A stretch of DNA of 63,895 nucleotides, the filler included, from Octopus bimaculoides (Eukaryota), in assembly GCF_001194135.2 (NCBI RefSeq). It is 6 parts of 6 records of this genome, joined end to end, with 100 filler letters (N's around TTAATTAATTAA, not from the genome) between each part and the next. Parts side by side here need not be neighbours in the genome. Positions count along the whole stretch, not along the records: positions 49,338 to 59,048 come from NC_069004.1; positions 59,149 to 62,545 come from NW_026325586.1; positions 62,646 to 63,895 come from NW_026323059.1; 3 more parts are not named here. The stretch is one strand, 5' to 3'. The position numbers and the translations under genes were made by a program. Positions 51,921 through 63,895 of this stretch are shown here, one piece after another (position 1 is the first letter of the stretch; every line of letters begins with the position of its first letter). The notes beneath the pieces were generated by a model. That model ran no database searches. It saw only the letters and a program-made list of their open reading frames with translations, and was not told where the DNA came from.

Positions 51921-52934
51921 GATATATNNNNNNNNNNNNNNNNNNNNNNNNNNNNNNNNNNNNNNNNNNNNNNNNNNNNNNNNNNNNNNNNNNNNNNNNN
52001 NNNNNNNNNNNNNNNNNNNNNNNNNNNNNNNNNNNNNNNNNNNNNNNNNNNNNNNNNNNNNNNNNNNNNNNNNNNNNNNNNNNNNNNNNNNNNNNNNNNN
52101 NNNNNNNNNNNNNNNNNNNNNNNNNNNNNNNNNNNNNNNNNNNNNNNNNNNNNNNNNNNNNNNNNNNNNNNNNNNNNNNNNNNNNNNNNNNNNNNNNNNN
52201 NNNNNNNNNNNNNNNNNNNNNNNNNNNNNNNNNNNNNNNNNNNNNNNNNNNNNNNNNNNNNNNNNNNNNNNNNNNNNNNNNNNNNNNNNNNNNNNNNNNN
52301 NNNNNNNNNNNNNNNNNNNNNNNNNNNNNNNNNNNNNNNNNNNNNNNNNNNNNNNNNNNNNNNNNNNNNNNNNNNNNNNNNNNNNNNNNNNNNNNNNNNN
52401 NNNNNNNNNNNNNNNNNNNNNNNNNNNNNNNNNNNNNNNNNNNNNNNNNNNNNNNNNNNNNNNNNNNNNNNNNNNNNNNNNNNNNNNNNNNNNNNNNNNN
52501 NNNNNNNNNNNNNNNNNNNNNNNNNNNNNNNNNNNNNNNNNNNNNNNNNNNNNNNNNNNNNNNNNNNNNNNNNNNNNNNNNNNNNNNNNNNNNNNNNNNN
52601 NNNNNNNNNNNNNNNNNNNNNNNNNNNNNNNNNNNNNNNNNNNNNNNNNNNNNNNNNNNNNNNNNNNNNNNNNNNNNNNNNNNNNNNNNNNNNNNNNNNN
52701 NNNNNNNNNNNNNNNNNNNNNNNNNNNNNNNNNNNNNNNNNNNNNNNNNNNNNNNNNNNNNNNNNNNNNNNNNNNNNNNNNNNNNNNNNNNNNNNNNNNN
52801 NNNNNNNNNNNNNNNNNNNNNNNNNNNNNNNNNNNNNNNNNNNNNNNNNNNNNNNNNNNNNNNNNNNNNNNNNNNNNNNNNNNNNNNNNNNNNNNNNNNN
52901 NNNNNNNNNNNNNNNNNNNNGGTTGATTTCTTTG

Positions 52935-53745
52935 ACTAAAAATCCCTTTAAAGCAGTGCTCCAGCATGGCTGCAGTCAAATGTCAGAAACGTGTAAAAGA
53001 ATAAAAGTATATATATATTATCCATGCGTGTGTGTGTCTTTGTGTCTGTGTTTGTACACTTGCCAACCAGTGCTGGTATGTTTATATCCCTGTAACCTAG
53101 CAGTCTGGCAAAAAAACTGATAGAAATAGTGCCAGAGTTTTAAAAAAATTAGTACTGGTGTCAATACATTCAACTAAAAATTCTTTAAGGTGCTGCTCCA
53201 GCTTGTCTGCAGTTTTATGACTGCAACAAGTAAAAGAAAAAAAAATGAAAGATTCCAAAGTTGACACCTTCTTTACTTGATACTGGAGTGGGTCAAATAT
53301 TTTAAGATTTAATTTTTAGGGTCACTTCACATTAAAATGTGAACATGGCACATGCATGGCTATGTGGTAAGAAGTTTGCTTCTCAACTACATAATTGTTC
53401 TGGGTTCAGTCCCTCTGCCTGGCACCTTAGGCAAGTGTTTTCTACAAAAAGCCTTGGGTTGAGCAAAGTCTTGTGAGTGGAATTGGTGGATGGAAACTGA
53501 AAGAAGCCCATTGTATATATACGTGCATGTGTGTGTGTGTGTGTGTTTGTGTATGTCTGTGTGTCTTCCGTCACTGCTTGACAATTGGTATTGGTATGTT
53601 TGCTTCCCAGTAACTTAGTGGTTCACCAAAAGGAACTGATACCAGTAAGGCTTAAAAAATACAAGTATTAGGGTTGATTTGTTTGACTAAAATTCTTCAA
53701 GGCAGTGCCCCAGTCTGATAGCTGAAACAAGTAAAATAATAAAAG
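52935..53745 (+). mobile_element. SINE family C 3' modules (52935-53230) and a full copy (53352-53745)
   Basis: Matches the reverse complement of 50152-50559. Confidence 0.82.
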
Positions 53746-53975
53746 AACAAAAGAATGGCTGAAATACTGGTGAAGACAAAGGCTAGATTCAAACAGATAC
53801 ACTGTGGGTCCTCTGTGTGTACATCTGGGGTACAGATTTGCATTGGACTGACGCCCTTGACATTTTATGCCTGTATATCTGGATTGGTTGGTGGGGGGCG
53901 TGTTGGATTGTCCCACTGAACATCCTGAGATAGGGTGGAGGTGCTGGACTGACATGCTGGACATTCTATCTCTGT

Positions 53976-54360
53976 GAGGTAATATTTATTCTCATTTAAA
54001 CCTGGATGTTCTGTTAGAACAAACTATACTGCAGTAGATACCACGAGAGAAACTCTCATTCTGACTTTTGGTGCTGGGGAGATGAATCCCCAAGAACTCC
54101 AGTGCCAAGACAACCAAATCATGTGATTTTGACCTTCCTTGGTCTTGTCAAAGATGGATGCTCAACCATTAGAGATAGTAGAGTCTCATCTCCCTCCCAG
54201 CGATATACAGAATAACAGTGCCAGCAGATTCCCACTAGCGATGTAAACAAGAATGTATTTTGCACCAAAAGTCTATAAGAGAGTTTCTCTCATGGTAACC
54301 ACAGAAGTATAGTTTGTTCTAATAGAACATCCATGTTTAAGTGGGGATAAATATTACCTC
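53976..54360. repeat. 82-bp inverted repeat pair (about 72/82 identical) with 221-bp spacer
   Basis: 53976-54057 versus reverse complement of 54279-54360: gaggtaatatttat...gagagaaactctc. Confidence 0.9.
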
Positions 54361-54687
54361 TTGGTATTAATGCTGCCTCTGTCGCTAATATATATCCTAT
54401 CTCTATATCTAAGGGTAGCCTGACACCTTAACATTTATACTAAGCACAGGTAACCTTTTTCTAAGAAGTGGGCCACATGAGACATGATTCATCAACAGTG
54501 TGGATGGGGAGGGATGCATTCCTAAAAAATTTCATGGTAATTTTTCATTGGCATAACAGTTAGAAAGTCCCACAAATGACAGTTTACTTTTGACTGATTT
54601 AAATCTTGAAATATGTGGTCCTTTCCAGCATTGATGAGGAAGTATGTCAACCATGGTATAAGGGTCTGTGTTGAACCAAACTTTTCC

Positions 54688-55005
54688 ACATCATCATCAT
54701 CACTTAACATCTGTTTTCTATGCTAGCATGGGTTGGACAGAATGACCCAAGCTGGTTAGCTGGAGAGCTGCACCAGGTTCCAATTTGTTTTGACATGGTT
54801 TCTACAGCTGGATGCTCTTCCTAATGCCAACCACCTTACAGAGTATGCTGGGTGCATTTTACATGCTACCAGCATGGGTGCATGCAGATAAAACTGACAC
54901 AAGTGCATTTTATGTGGCACAAGCATGAATGCATTTTACATAGCACTGTCACAAGTGTATTTTACATGGCACTGGCACGAGTGCATTTTATGTGGCACCA
55001 GCATG
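54688..55005 (-). mobile_element. Family D interspersed repeat with (CAT)n tail and internal ~25-bp tandem units
   Basis: catcatcatc...ttaacatctgttttctatgctagcatgggttgg...ggatgctcttcctaatgccaacc; repeated gtgcattttatgtggcac; related tail at 18467-18495. Confidence 0.6.
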
Positions 55006-55914
55006 TGCAGTGTTTTCATATTTTGGGGTGAGAGTGGGGAATGTTGGCCTGACCCTCTGAGTATCCTGTATCTGTGTATCTGGGGTGAGTGGTTTGCTGA
55101 ACTGGCACACGAGAAATTTTGACATTTAGTTTCGGGGTGTTTTCTTTTGGTGTTTGGTTGGTTAATAGAAATTTGATTAATCAAAGCTGAGTGGGGTGTA
55201 GAAGTACGCAATGCCAGCTATGATTAAACTCTTTGTTGCTGTAAATCCTCACTTCCACCGACAATGAAGTCATTGTGAAAACCATAATTCAAATGCCAGC
55301 ACTCAGTTATTTTACAGAGACAAAAAAAAAAAGTACTAACAAATTTTGTTTCTTTTCTTGGAATCCGGGCATCAATTATTCCAACGACTCCATATGATTT
55401 TTTGTTTATGTCTTCAAATACAGCCTTTCCTGGTTTATATGTTCCTGGTCCTGGAGTATTCTGGAAATATATAAATAAACAAATAAATAAATAAGTAAAT
55501 AAAGAAAGACAGACAGACAGACAGACAGATAAGATTTAATGTGAGATGAAAGTGGAGGAAAATTATCCTGATTTTTCTCCTTAATCATATAAATTCTTTG
55601 AAACTTGCAGATGTTATAGAGAGGCTAAGGTATTGATCATCTTACAGATGGCAGGAACTCTCAGATAAAAATCTAGTTAAGTGGATGCCTTTCACTGATT
55701 CTATGGCAAGGAAAAGACTTGAACTTTTCTTGTACAGGTGCCATGATAAAATGGATCCAATGCAAGACTTTAAAGGTAGTCAGTGAAAGGAATGGTATCC
55801 AGCTGTAGAAAACAAGCCAAAATAAACTATAGTGAAATGTAGAGCCTCCACCACATTTAGAAGGCCAGTAACTCCAAATAAGAGCTGTTTTGGACTGTGC
55901 TGATTCATCTAACA

Positions 55915-56263
55915 CAGTGTTTCTCAACATTTTATACTTATGGACTCCTCTGATTACTATTCTGTTCTGGGGAACCCCCATAGCTATTTGATATCTGAAA
56001 ACTAGTTTTATAGATGCTTCTTTCGAAATTCCTGTTTTGTTCATCACACATTCTACTTGTGTAGGATGAACTATGGTAAAATGTCAGGGAAAGAAAGAAA
56101 CCATGCTGTTTCTTGAAATTAATAAATCTAAAGCAGAATTTTTTCCTACACTTATAAAATGTTACTGTGGACCCAGTTTACTATTATGCTGGTGTGGATC
56201 CCCCCAAAAGCTTGTTTGCCCCCTCCCCACAAGAGTCTTATGGACCCTGGCTGAGAACTACTG
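55915..56263. mobile_element. hAT (Charlie-like) MITE
   Basis: Termini CAGTGTTTCTCAAC / GCTGAGAACTACTG; flanking 8-mers ATCTAACA and ACATAACA (6/8 match). Confidence 0.6.
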
Positions 56264-56399
56264 ACATAACATATGGAAACCAGACATACAACAATGATGG
56301 TTATGAGAGGTCAAGAAGTTCATTTTACAACCATGAGGACTTTGATTCAAGTCCAGTGTGGAGCATCTTTTGTTAAAGACATTTACCATAACTATGTAT

Positions 56400-57430
56400 A
56401 TATCAGGTTGAATAAAAAGTAAGCAATGTTTTGAACCATAAAGAATTTGTACGGGATTTTTGCAGAGTTTCGAATTTTTTAAAACATTTTTTGCAATTAT
56501 CTAATAATACAAACATAGACTTGCCCAAATGCATCAATAAATTAATATTGATATTTTTTTCACCGTTGTTAAAATCATCTGAAATGAAACTTGTCGAAGC
56601 ATGATATTTGAGCAATTTTGCTATTCAACTTAGAAAAAGGGTGCAAAGCAGCTGAAACTGCTCACGATATCAACAAAATGTTTGATGAGGAAATGACTAG
56701 TGAGTGATCAGCTCAAAAAGGGTTTAAATGATTTTGCAGTGGGGACCTGAGCCTTGAAGTTCGTGAGCGTAGTGGACGCCCATCTGTCATTGGTGATAGT
56801 CAGTTAAACACTGTCATTGAGAAAGATCCATGTAAAACCACTTGAAAACTAGCAAAAGAACTTCAAGTTAGCCAGAAAACTGCCAGCAACCATTTGCATG
56901 CGATCAGAAAATCAAAAAAGCTCAACAAATAGGTACCACACAATTTGAATGAAAATTAGAAAATGCGCAGATATGAAATTTGCTCATTGCTTCTTCTCTG
57001 TAACCAGACTAATCCATTTCTTGACTGTGTTGTAGCTTGCAATGACAAGTGGATTCTGTACAATGATAAAAAAAAAAGTTCTTCACAGTAGTTGGACCAA
57101 AATAAAGCACCGAAAACTTTCCCTAAATCCAAGCTCTTCAAAAGGATGGGTATGGTGACTGTTTGGTGGTATACTGCTGGACTCATCCACTTTAACTTCT
57201 TAAAGCCCAGAAAAACCATTAATGCAGAAAGAAGCTCTAACAATCATTTTTGCCATGAAGAAATTTCAGAGATTTTTTCACAGTAGAAATGTTTAGGCTA
57301 CAAACTGATCACTGACCATTATTATCAATTTTTGGTTAAAAAAAAACAAACATAAATTCCTACTCATACAGCAAATAGGTTACAATGCTGGGGTACAATA
57401 TTGCACTGTCCCATATAGGACGCCACACTT
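56400..57430 (+). mobile_element. Decayed mariner element
   Basis: TA|TCAGGTTG start; ERSGRPSVI, VPHNLNE, NDKWILYND, MVTVWW...LIHFNFLKP motifs with stops. Confidence 0.87.
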
Positions 57431-58375
57431 GGTTAGCAATTATGTATGTATGTATGTATGTATGTATGTATGCATGTGCATATGCACGCACACACAAACA
57501 CAGAATGAAGCTACTATATATTCTATGTTTACAAATAACTATGCAAATACTATATGTTTGTCTTTGTATATATGTGCTTATGTGTGTTGTGTGTACATCC
57601 ATGTCTCTGTTAACTCAGTCACTAGATGAATGCAGATTGATAATCTCAGCCTGATAATTAGTTACAGTGTGCATAGCTAGTTGCATAACTATTACATTAA
57701 AAACTTCAGCTAGATAAGAAACATATGTAGTGTACATTTTACCTGACATAAGTTCTGGAATCAATACACTCAAAGTTAAAAAAGAGAGACAAGGAGAAAG
57801 CAAGACATATACATTAGGAGCCAGGTCCTTTACGCCACAACCATCATCATAATGTCTTCTTGTGTCATAGGATCAATATAAAACTAAATCTTACCTGTGT
57901 TGATGGTTTGAACCTACTCTCACTGGAATGACATATACCATAGATACTGGATGGTTTTGCTGCCAAAATGTTAATGAAATCTTTTGGACTGTAAGTGCCA
58001 GGTCCTCTGTTTCGTTCCTATGAGAAATGTAAGAAGAGAATCCATTTTCAGAGGAATATTGGAATAGTTATCATTACTTCATAATGGAAGGAAAAAAGGG
58101 TACACAATATCTTCTTTTATTCTTTTACTTGTTTCAGCCATTTAACAGCAGCCATGATGGGGCACCACCTTGAAGAATGTTTAGTGGAATGAATCGATGT
58201 CATTACTTTTGTGGAACCTGAACCTTTTACAGGCAAAGTTGCCCCTTCGCAGAATTTGAGCACAGAAAGCAGAAAGCCAGAACAAAACGTTACATTTGAT
58301 GCTCCATTGATTCTGCCAACATGCACACACACATGCACACATACACACACACACACACACGCATACACACACACA

Positions 58376-58607
58376 GGCGGTGAGCTGGCAGAAACATTAG
58401 TATGCCGGGCAAAATGCTTAGCGGCATTTCATCTGCCACTATGTTCTGAGTTTAAATTCCACCGAGGTCGACTTTGCCTTTCATCCTTTCGGGGTCGATT
58501 AAATAAGTACCAGTTACGCACTGGGGTCGATATAATCGACTTAACCCGCTTGTCTGTCCTTGTTTGTCCCCTCTGTGTGTAGCCCCTTGTGGGCAGTAAA
58601 GAAATAA
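58376..58607 (+). mobile_element. SINE family B copy with an alternative (Tx1-like) 3' tail
   Basis: B head and core, then ttgtctgtccttgtttgtcccctctgtgtgtagccccttgtgggcagtaaagaaataa. Confidence 0.88.
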
Positions 58608-59148
58608 CACACACACACACACAGATGACAAAGTGCTGTATATTTTGTGCTAGGGCTAGGGCAGGGTAGCAAGCACTCCAGCTGCTCAAACAAACTCTAT
58701 ACTACAGCAGAAAAATAAACACTTTTATGTTGTTGAACATGGTGTGATGATGGTGATGACGATGACAGTGATGGCTGATGACAACAATGATGACAAGGAT
58801 ATCTCTGCTACCAACTGTGATTACAGTGCCGTTGGTAGTGGTATCAATGATACCAATGACAGTAATTATGATGTTGGTGGCGGTGGCGGCATTGCTTTTG
58901 GCATTGTTGTAGGTGGTGGGGGAGTGTTGTGGGGGGGGGTTGTGGCAATGGTGGTATAGTGGGGTGTAGTGTTGGCATTGTTGTTGTTGTTGTTTGTGGT
59001 GTTAGTAGTGGGGTGGTGGTGGTGGTGAGTGGTGTTGGTTGTGGTATTNNNNNNNNNNNNNNNNNNNNNNNNNNNNNNNNNNNNNNNNNNNNTTAATTAA
59101 TTAANNNNNNNNNNNNNNNNNNNNNNNNNNNNNNNNNNNNNNNNNNNN

Positions 59149-62100
59149 CAAAGAGGGGACGAACAAGGACAGACAAACATAAGGGGGAGTAGCTTAAATG
59201 TTATTTTTACAAAAATATTATGATTAAAAATTAGTGTAAAAATTAGACACAAGAATCATTGCGTTTTGCAATGAGGCATCTAGAAGGAAGGCACCCAACC
59301 ATCCTGGTAGAACCTTTGCTTCCCAATTGACCTAACTTACTTGGTGCCAATCGCACTCAGCTTGTGTTCCACAGACTTCCATCTTTTCGCAAACATATCC
59401 CGTGACAGGCACTTCCTTTCCAGGTTGATCTTACAACTGAGGTGGTAACTGAAAAAGTTAACCAACCCCTGGCCAGAGACAAAGGTACCTGTCACTATAC
59501 CTTTCACACGCGTCTTCCATACAGTTTCTTTCAGTATGGCTACTACGCAGAAAAAACAGGCCTTCCTTTCCCTGTTAAGGAAAGGACGAGGTACAGTCTT
59601 GATAGACTCAGCTGATAGCTGTACTCTTCCTATCACTGACAACAGTTGTTCTGCAAAAGCTATCAGTCCTGACAACTCCGAACACTCCACGAATGCGTCA
59701 AAGACGGTTTTCCTATCTTCCTCACATGTCGGGCATGTCGGCGAGATGGCACTTCCATGCCTTGACAGCTTGTTGTGAACGGGTAACGCCGCTCGGAAAT
59801 ATTGCCAAGCCAGGGATTTCNNNNNNNNNNNNNNNNNNNNNNNNNNNNNNNNNNNNNNNNNNNNNNNNNNNNNNNNNNNNNNNNNNNNNNNNNNNNNNNN
59901 NNNNNNNNNNNNNNNNNNNNNNNNNNNNNNNNNNNNNNNNNNNNNNNNNNNNNNNNNNNNNNNNNNNNNNNNNNNNNNNNNNNNNNNNNNNNNNNNNNNN
60001 NNNNNNNNNNNNNNNNNNNNNNNNNNNNNNNNNNNNNNNNNNNNNNNNNNNNNNNNNNNNNNNNNNNNNNNNNNNNNNNNNNNNNNNNNNNNNNNNNNNN
60101 NNNNNNNNNNNNNNNNNNNNNNNNNNNNNNNNNNNNNNNNNNNNNNNNNNNNNNNNNNNNNNNNNNNNNNNNNNNNNNNNNNNNNNNNNNNNNNNNNNNN
60201 NNNNNNNNNNNNNNNNNNNNNNNNNNNNNNNNNNNNNNNNNNNNNNNNNNNNNNNNNNNNNNNNNNNNNNNNNNNNNNNNNNNNNNNNNNNNNNNNNNNN
60301 NNNNNNNNNNNNNNNNNNNNNNNNNNNNNNNNNNNNNNNNNNNNNNNNNNNNNNNNNNNNNNNNNNNNNNNNNNNNNNNNNNNNNNNNNNNNNNNNNNNN
60401 NNNNNNNNNNNNNNNNNNNNNNNNNNNNNNNNNNNNNNNNNNNNNNNNNNNNNNNNNNNNNNNNNNNNNNNNNNNNNNNNNNNNNNNNNNNNNNNNNNNN
60501 NNNNNNNNNNNGGCACCACGGTCAGGCGCTAGGTAATTACTGATGCTATAAACATCTGCACCACCTCTGCCCTTCCTAGCAAGGATAATGCCCATCCAGA
60601 GTAGGTCTGGGTTAGAGCAGTCACCTTGCTGGCCACCTCGCTCCAATTTTTCTCTATCTGGAGGTCTGGACCTATCCAGACTCCGAGCAACTTAACAGGA
60701 CCTTGCGTCCAATGCTCCACAATGTTATTGGACGCCATCGGCTTGCCCCTCCAGGTGTCGAGTTGCAAACCGACCGACTTGTCCTTGCCACCGCCTCGTA
60801 ACATTTGATGGCCTTTTCCACCACTGGAATCTGGCCTTCATCCACCACGATGATGGAGATGTCATCCGCATACGCTGTAGCTCTCCTTCCACACCAAAGA
60901 TCAAGCGGAGCTCCCCCTAGTGCCTCCAACTTCCACAGCAAGGGCTCCAGAGTCAACACATACAGAAGTGGGGATAGGGGACACCCCTGACGAACTGAAC
61001 ACTCGATCCTGAACGGTTTCGAAAAGAACCTGTTCACCTTGACAACAGACTCTATGTCACTGTACAAAGCAGCAATCCAACCGTGGAAGGTCGGGCCTAG
61101 GCCAGCCTTCTCGAGGACTGCCGCCAAGTACCGATGGTCGACCCTATCAAACGCCTTAGACTGGTCTAAATGCACCAGTGCCCCTCCTGCTAAGCCAGAA
61201 AGTTTCCTTACCCTCTCTAAGGAGTAGCGTATAAGGTGGAGATTGTCGTGGATCGACCTGCCCGGGATAGCACAAGTTTGTGCTTCCCCAACAAGTTCTC
61301 CCACGACCCGCGCCAACCTTTTCGCTAGCACGTTGGCCAAAATCTTTCACTCTGTGTTTAACAGAGTTATGGGTCTAAAGTTCCCTATCTCGTTCCCCTT
61401 GCTTGGGTCCTTTCTCATCAACGTCACTGCCCACCGGCTCGCAGACTTGGGAATTCTCCCATTCTGCTGCCTGTTGGCGTAAATGCTGGCCAGTAGGTGC
61501 CCGAACAAGTCTGGCATACTTTTATAAAATTCATAGGGCAGACCATCGAGACCCGGCGACTTGTCTCTGGGGCATTCACGCAGCACCTCAATCACCTCCT
61601 CGGCTGTGATTGGCCCTTCACAGCACTCAGCCTTCCTTGCCAAGAGACGCGGGCCACCAGACAGGAAGTCCTTGAGGGCCTCACCATGATCAAGCGTCCA
61701 GCCCCTCCCAAACAACTCAGTAAAGTGCTCTTGAAGCGCCTCACACATCTCGTCCCGTTCCTTGACTGTGCGTCCTTTTTCGATAACAAGAGACCTTATT
61801 GTGGCGTCGTTGCCACGCTGGGTTTCTACCATGTGGGCCCATCCGGCAACGTTAATTCCCTTTCGGCCCAATGCTCTCACTTTAGCCCGAACTCTACACC
61901 TCTCATGTTTGGCTATGAGGTGACGGTCTAATGCCGTTCTCGCTGCCAGAATGTGGGATGCAGAGCCCAACCTCAGCACCTCTTCTAAGTTCTTCACTAG
62001 CTGCCCATCTACTCTAGTCCTATCTAGTCTTAGCTATTTGCTAAACCTAATAGACTCGAAACAAATGGCTCTTTTGAGGGCGAACCAGCACCGGTTATTA

Positions 62101-62545
62101 ACCACGGTACCGGTTAACGCCCTCTGTACTAACTCCTTAATCCGACTACGGTATGCCTCACAAGTCAAAATAGTCTTGTTCAGCTTCCAGTAGCCAGGTC
62201 CTCTACTAGTTGTACTATCTATGTCCAACCTACACTTAACCATTCTATGATCAGTGTAGGACACTTGGACAAGTTGTGGACAAGTAAAACTAGGCTTATC
62301 TATAATTCTTATTACTATCCTATCTAGGTGAGACTTGAACCTTCCGTCGCCACTCATCCAGGTCCACTGTGGCATGTTCGGATGTTCAAGCCTGTAACGG
62401 TCTGCCAGCTGAAATCGCTTAAGCAGATCGACGAGACATGAGTTCACTTTTCTATCAACTGAGCCGACGTTATCGATGCGAGCGTCAACAATAGTGTTGA
62501 AGTCCCCTAACACCACTAATGTCTTCGACGTCACGAGAAAGCCCT
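59149..62545 (-). mobile_element. Tx1/L1-clade LINE ORF2 (APE endonuclease, RT, C-terminal Cys-rich region) and 3' UTR; cut by gaps
   Basis: VLGDFN..HLDRI..TDHRMV (APE); KSPGLDGLPYEFY, NFRPITLLN, DQSKAFDRVDH, VRQGCPLSP, YADD, KLLGVW (RT); two in-frame stops (62034, 61347) and one frameshift near 60790. Confidence 0.95.
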
Positions 62546-62654
62546 NNNNNNNNNNNNNNNNNNNNNNNNNNNNNNNNNNNNNNNNNNNNTTAATTAATTA
62601 ANNNNNNNNNNNNNNNNNNNNNNNNNNNNNNNNNNNNNNNNNNNNTATATATAT

Positions 62655-62780
62655 ATAGTTTCCATCTACCAAATTCACACAGGTGCCCACAACTATAATA
62701 GAAGAGAATTGCGAAAGGTGGGACTGAACCTGGACTCCTGTGGTCGTGAATCTAACTTCTTACCACAAAAACACGCCTAG
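62655..62780 (-). mobile_element. SINE family C 5' half (deleted)
   Basis: agtttccatctaccaaattcac...gggactgaacctgg...cttcttaccac. Confidence 0.65.
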
Positions 62781-63319
62781 AACCAGCTAAATGTTGATCA
62801 AGCAGACATGATTACAACCCTTCCATCCATGGCCATCTTGATGATTCAAAGGCATTTAGTATTACGCTATGTAATTTGTCTTACGATATAAGACTAAGGT
62901 GAGACTTGTGGTAATATTTGGCTGCTATTTCTTGCAAGTCGAATGACCAGGTACAAATCTACTCATTACATGTCTGCGTGTGCATGTGTATGCATGTGTG
63001 TACGTGTGTGTGTGTGTGTGTGTGTGGGTATGCCTGTGTGTGTATCCTGTTTTGTTTGTAAGAAAAGACCTCAGTCAGTGTTGTGAATTTAATCTCTTAA
63101 AAGCGACGAAGTAGAAACAGTATTTTATCTGGAAATCAGGTCAAGTGTTTGTGACATTGCAAGGCTGCCATGATATATAAAAGGGGGGGGGGAGGAGGTC
63201 ATGCTGGAGCCATTGTCACTCCGAACAAAAGTCATTATGTAAATAATGTCAGGAGAAAGAAGACAAGATCATTCAATATTTGAAGTGGTGTGTAAAGTTG
63301 TGTGAATACGCACAGCTTA

Positions 63320-63895
63320 GTGCATAGTATATTTGGTCCACGATCATAGGGTCGTGAGTTCGATTCCTGGCGAAGCGTTGTGTTCTTGAGCAAGACTATT
63401 TATTTCACAGTGCGCCATTCTACTCATCTGGCAAAAATTAGTTGTACCTATATTTCAAAGGGCCAGCCTTGTCACGCTGAATCTCCCTCAGAACTATGTT
63501 AACGGTACACGTGTCTGTGGAGTGCTCAGCCACTTGCATGTTCATTTCATGAGGGTTCCAGTTGATCCGATCAATGGAACAGCCTGCTCGTGAAATTAAC
63601 ATGCAAGTGGCTGAGCACTCCACAGACACGTGTACCCTTAACATAGTTCTCGGGGAGATTCAGCGTAACACAGAGTGTGACAAGGCTGACCCTTTTGAAT
63701 TACAGGCACAACAGAAACAGGAAGAAAGAGTGAGAGAGAAAGTTGTGGTGGAAGAGTACAGCAGGGTTCGCCACCATCCCTTGTCAGAGCCTCGTGGAGC
63801 TTTAGGTGTTTTCGCTCAATAAGCACACACAACGCCCGGTTTGGGAATCGAAACCGCGATCCTATGACCGCGAGTCCGCTGCCCTAACCACTGGG
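63320..63895. mobile_element. Tail-to-tail fused SINE family A pair (plus copy 63320-63553, minus copy 63551-63895)
   Basis: Arms are reverse complements; the ORF track shows MQVAEHSTDTCT on both strands. Confidence 0.9.

Overview
This is an AT-rich, repeat-saturated window of a draft animal genome. The SINE families and microsatellite load look like a coleoid cephalopod (octopus-like); that assignment is from recall and was not checked by a search. It has many N-gaps, and five 100-bp joins carry an artificial TTAATTAATTAA six-frame-stop linker, so adjacency across those joins is not supported by sequence. There is one convincing host gene: a single coding exon at 33845-36011 (+) encoding an uncharacterised protein of at least ~718 aa, with a signal peptide, a Cys-containing ectodomain and roughly 9-11 hydrophobic helices. 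A 10-N gap splits it into two ORFs. Everything else recognisable is transposon-derived: several tRNA-headed SINE families (working names A-D), and RTE, R4/Dong-like, Tx1/L1-like, Penelope-like, Ty3/gypsy, mariner, piggyBac, hAT and Helitron/Helentron-like remnants. The most interesting points are the orphan multipass receptor/channel candidate, a minimal hammerhead ribozyme motif downstream of the Penelope ORF, a SINE 3' tail shared with the neighbouring Tx1-like LINE, a fold-back SINE hairpin, an apparent heterozygous SINE insertion, and a nested R4/Dong cluster next to (TAA)n arrays. Mismatch counts and repeat boundaries were made by eye.
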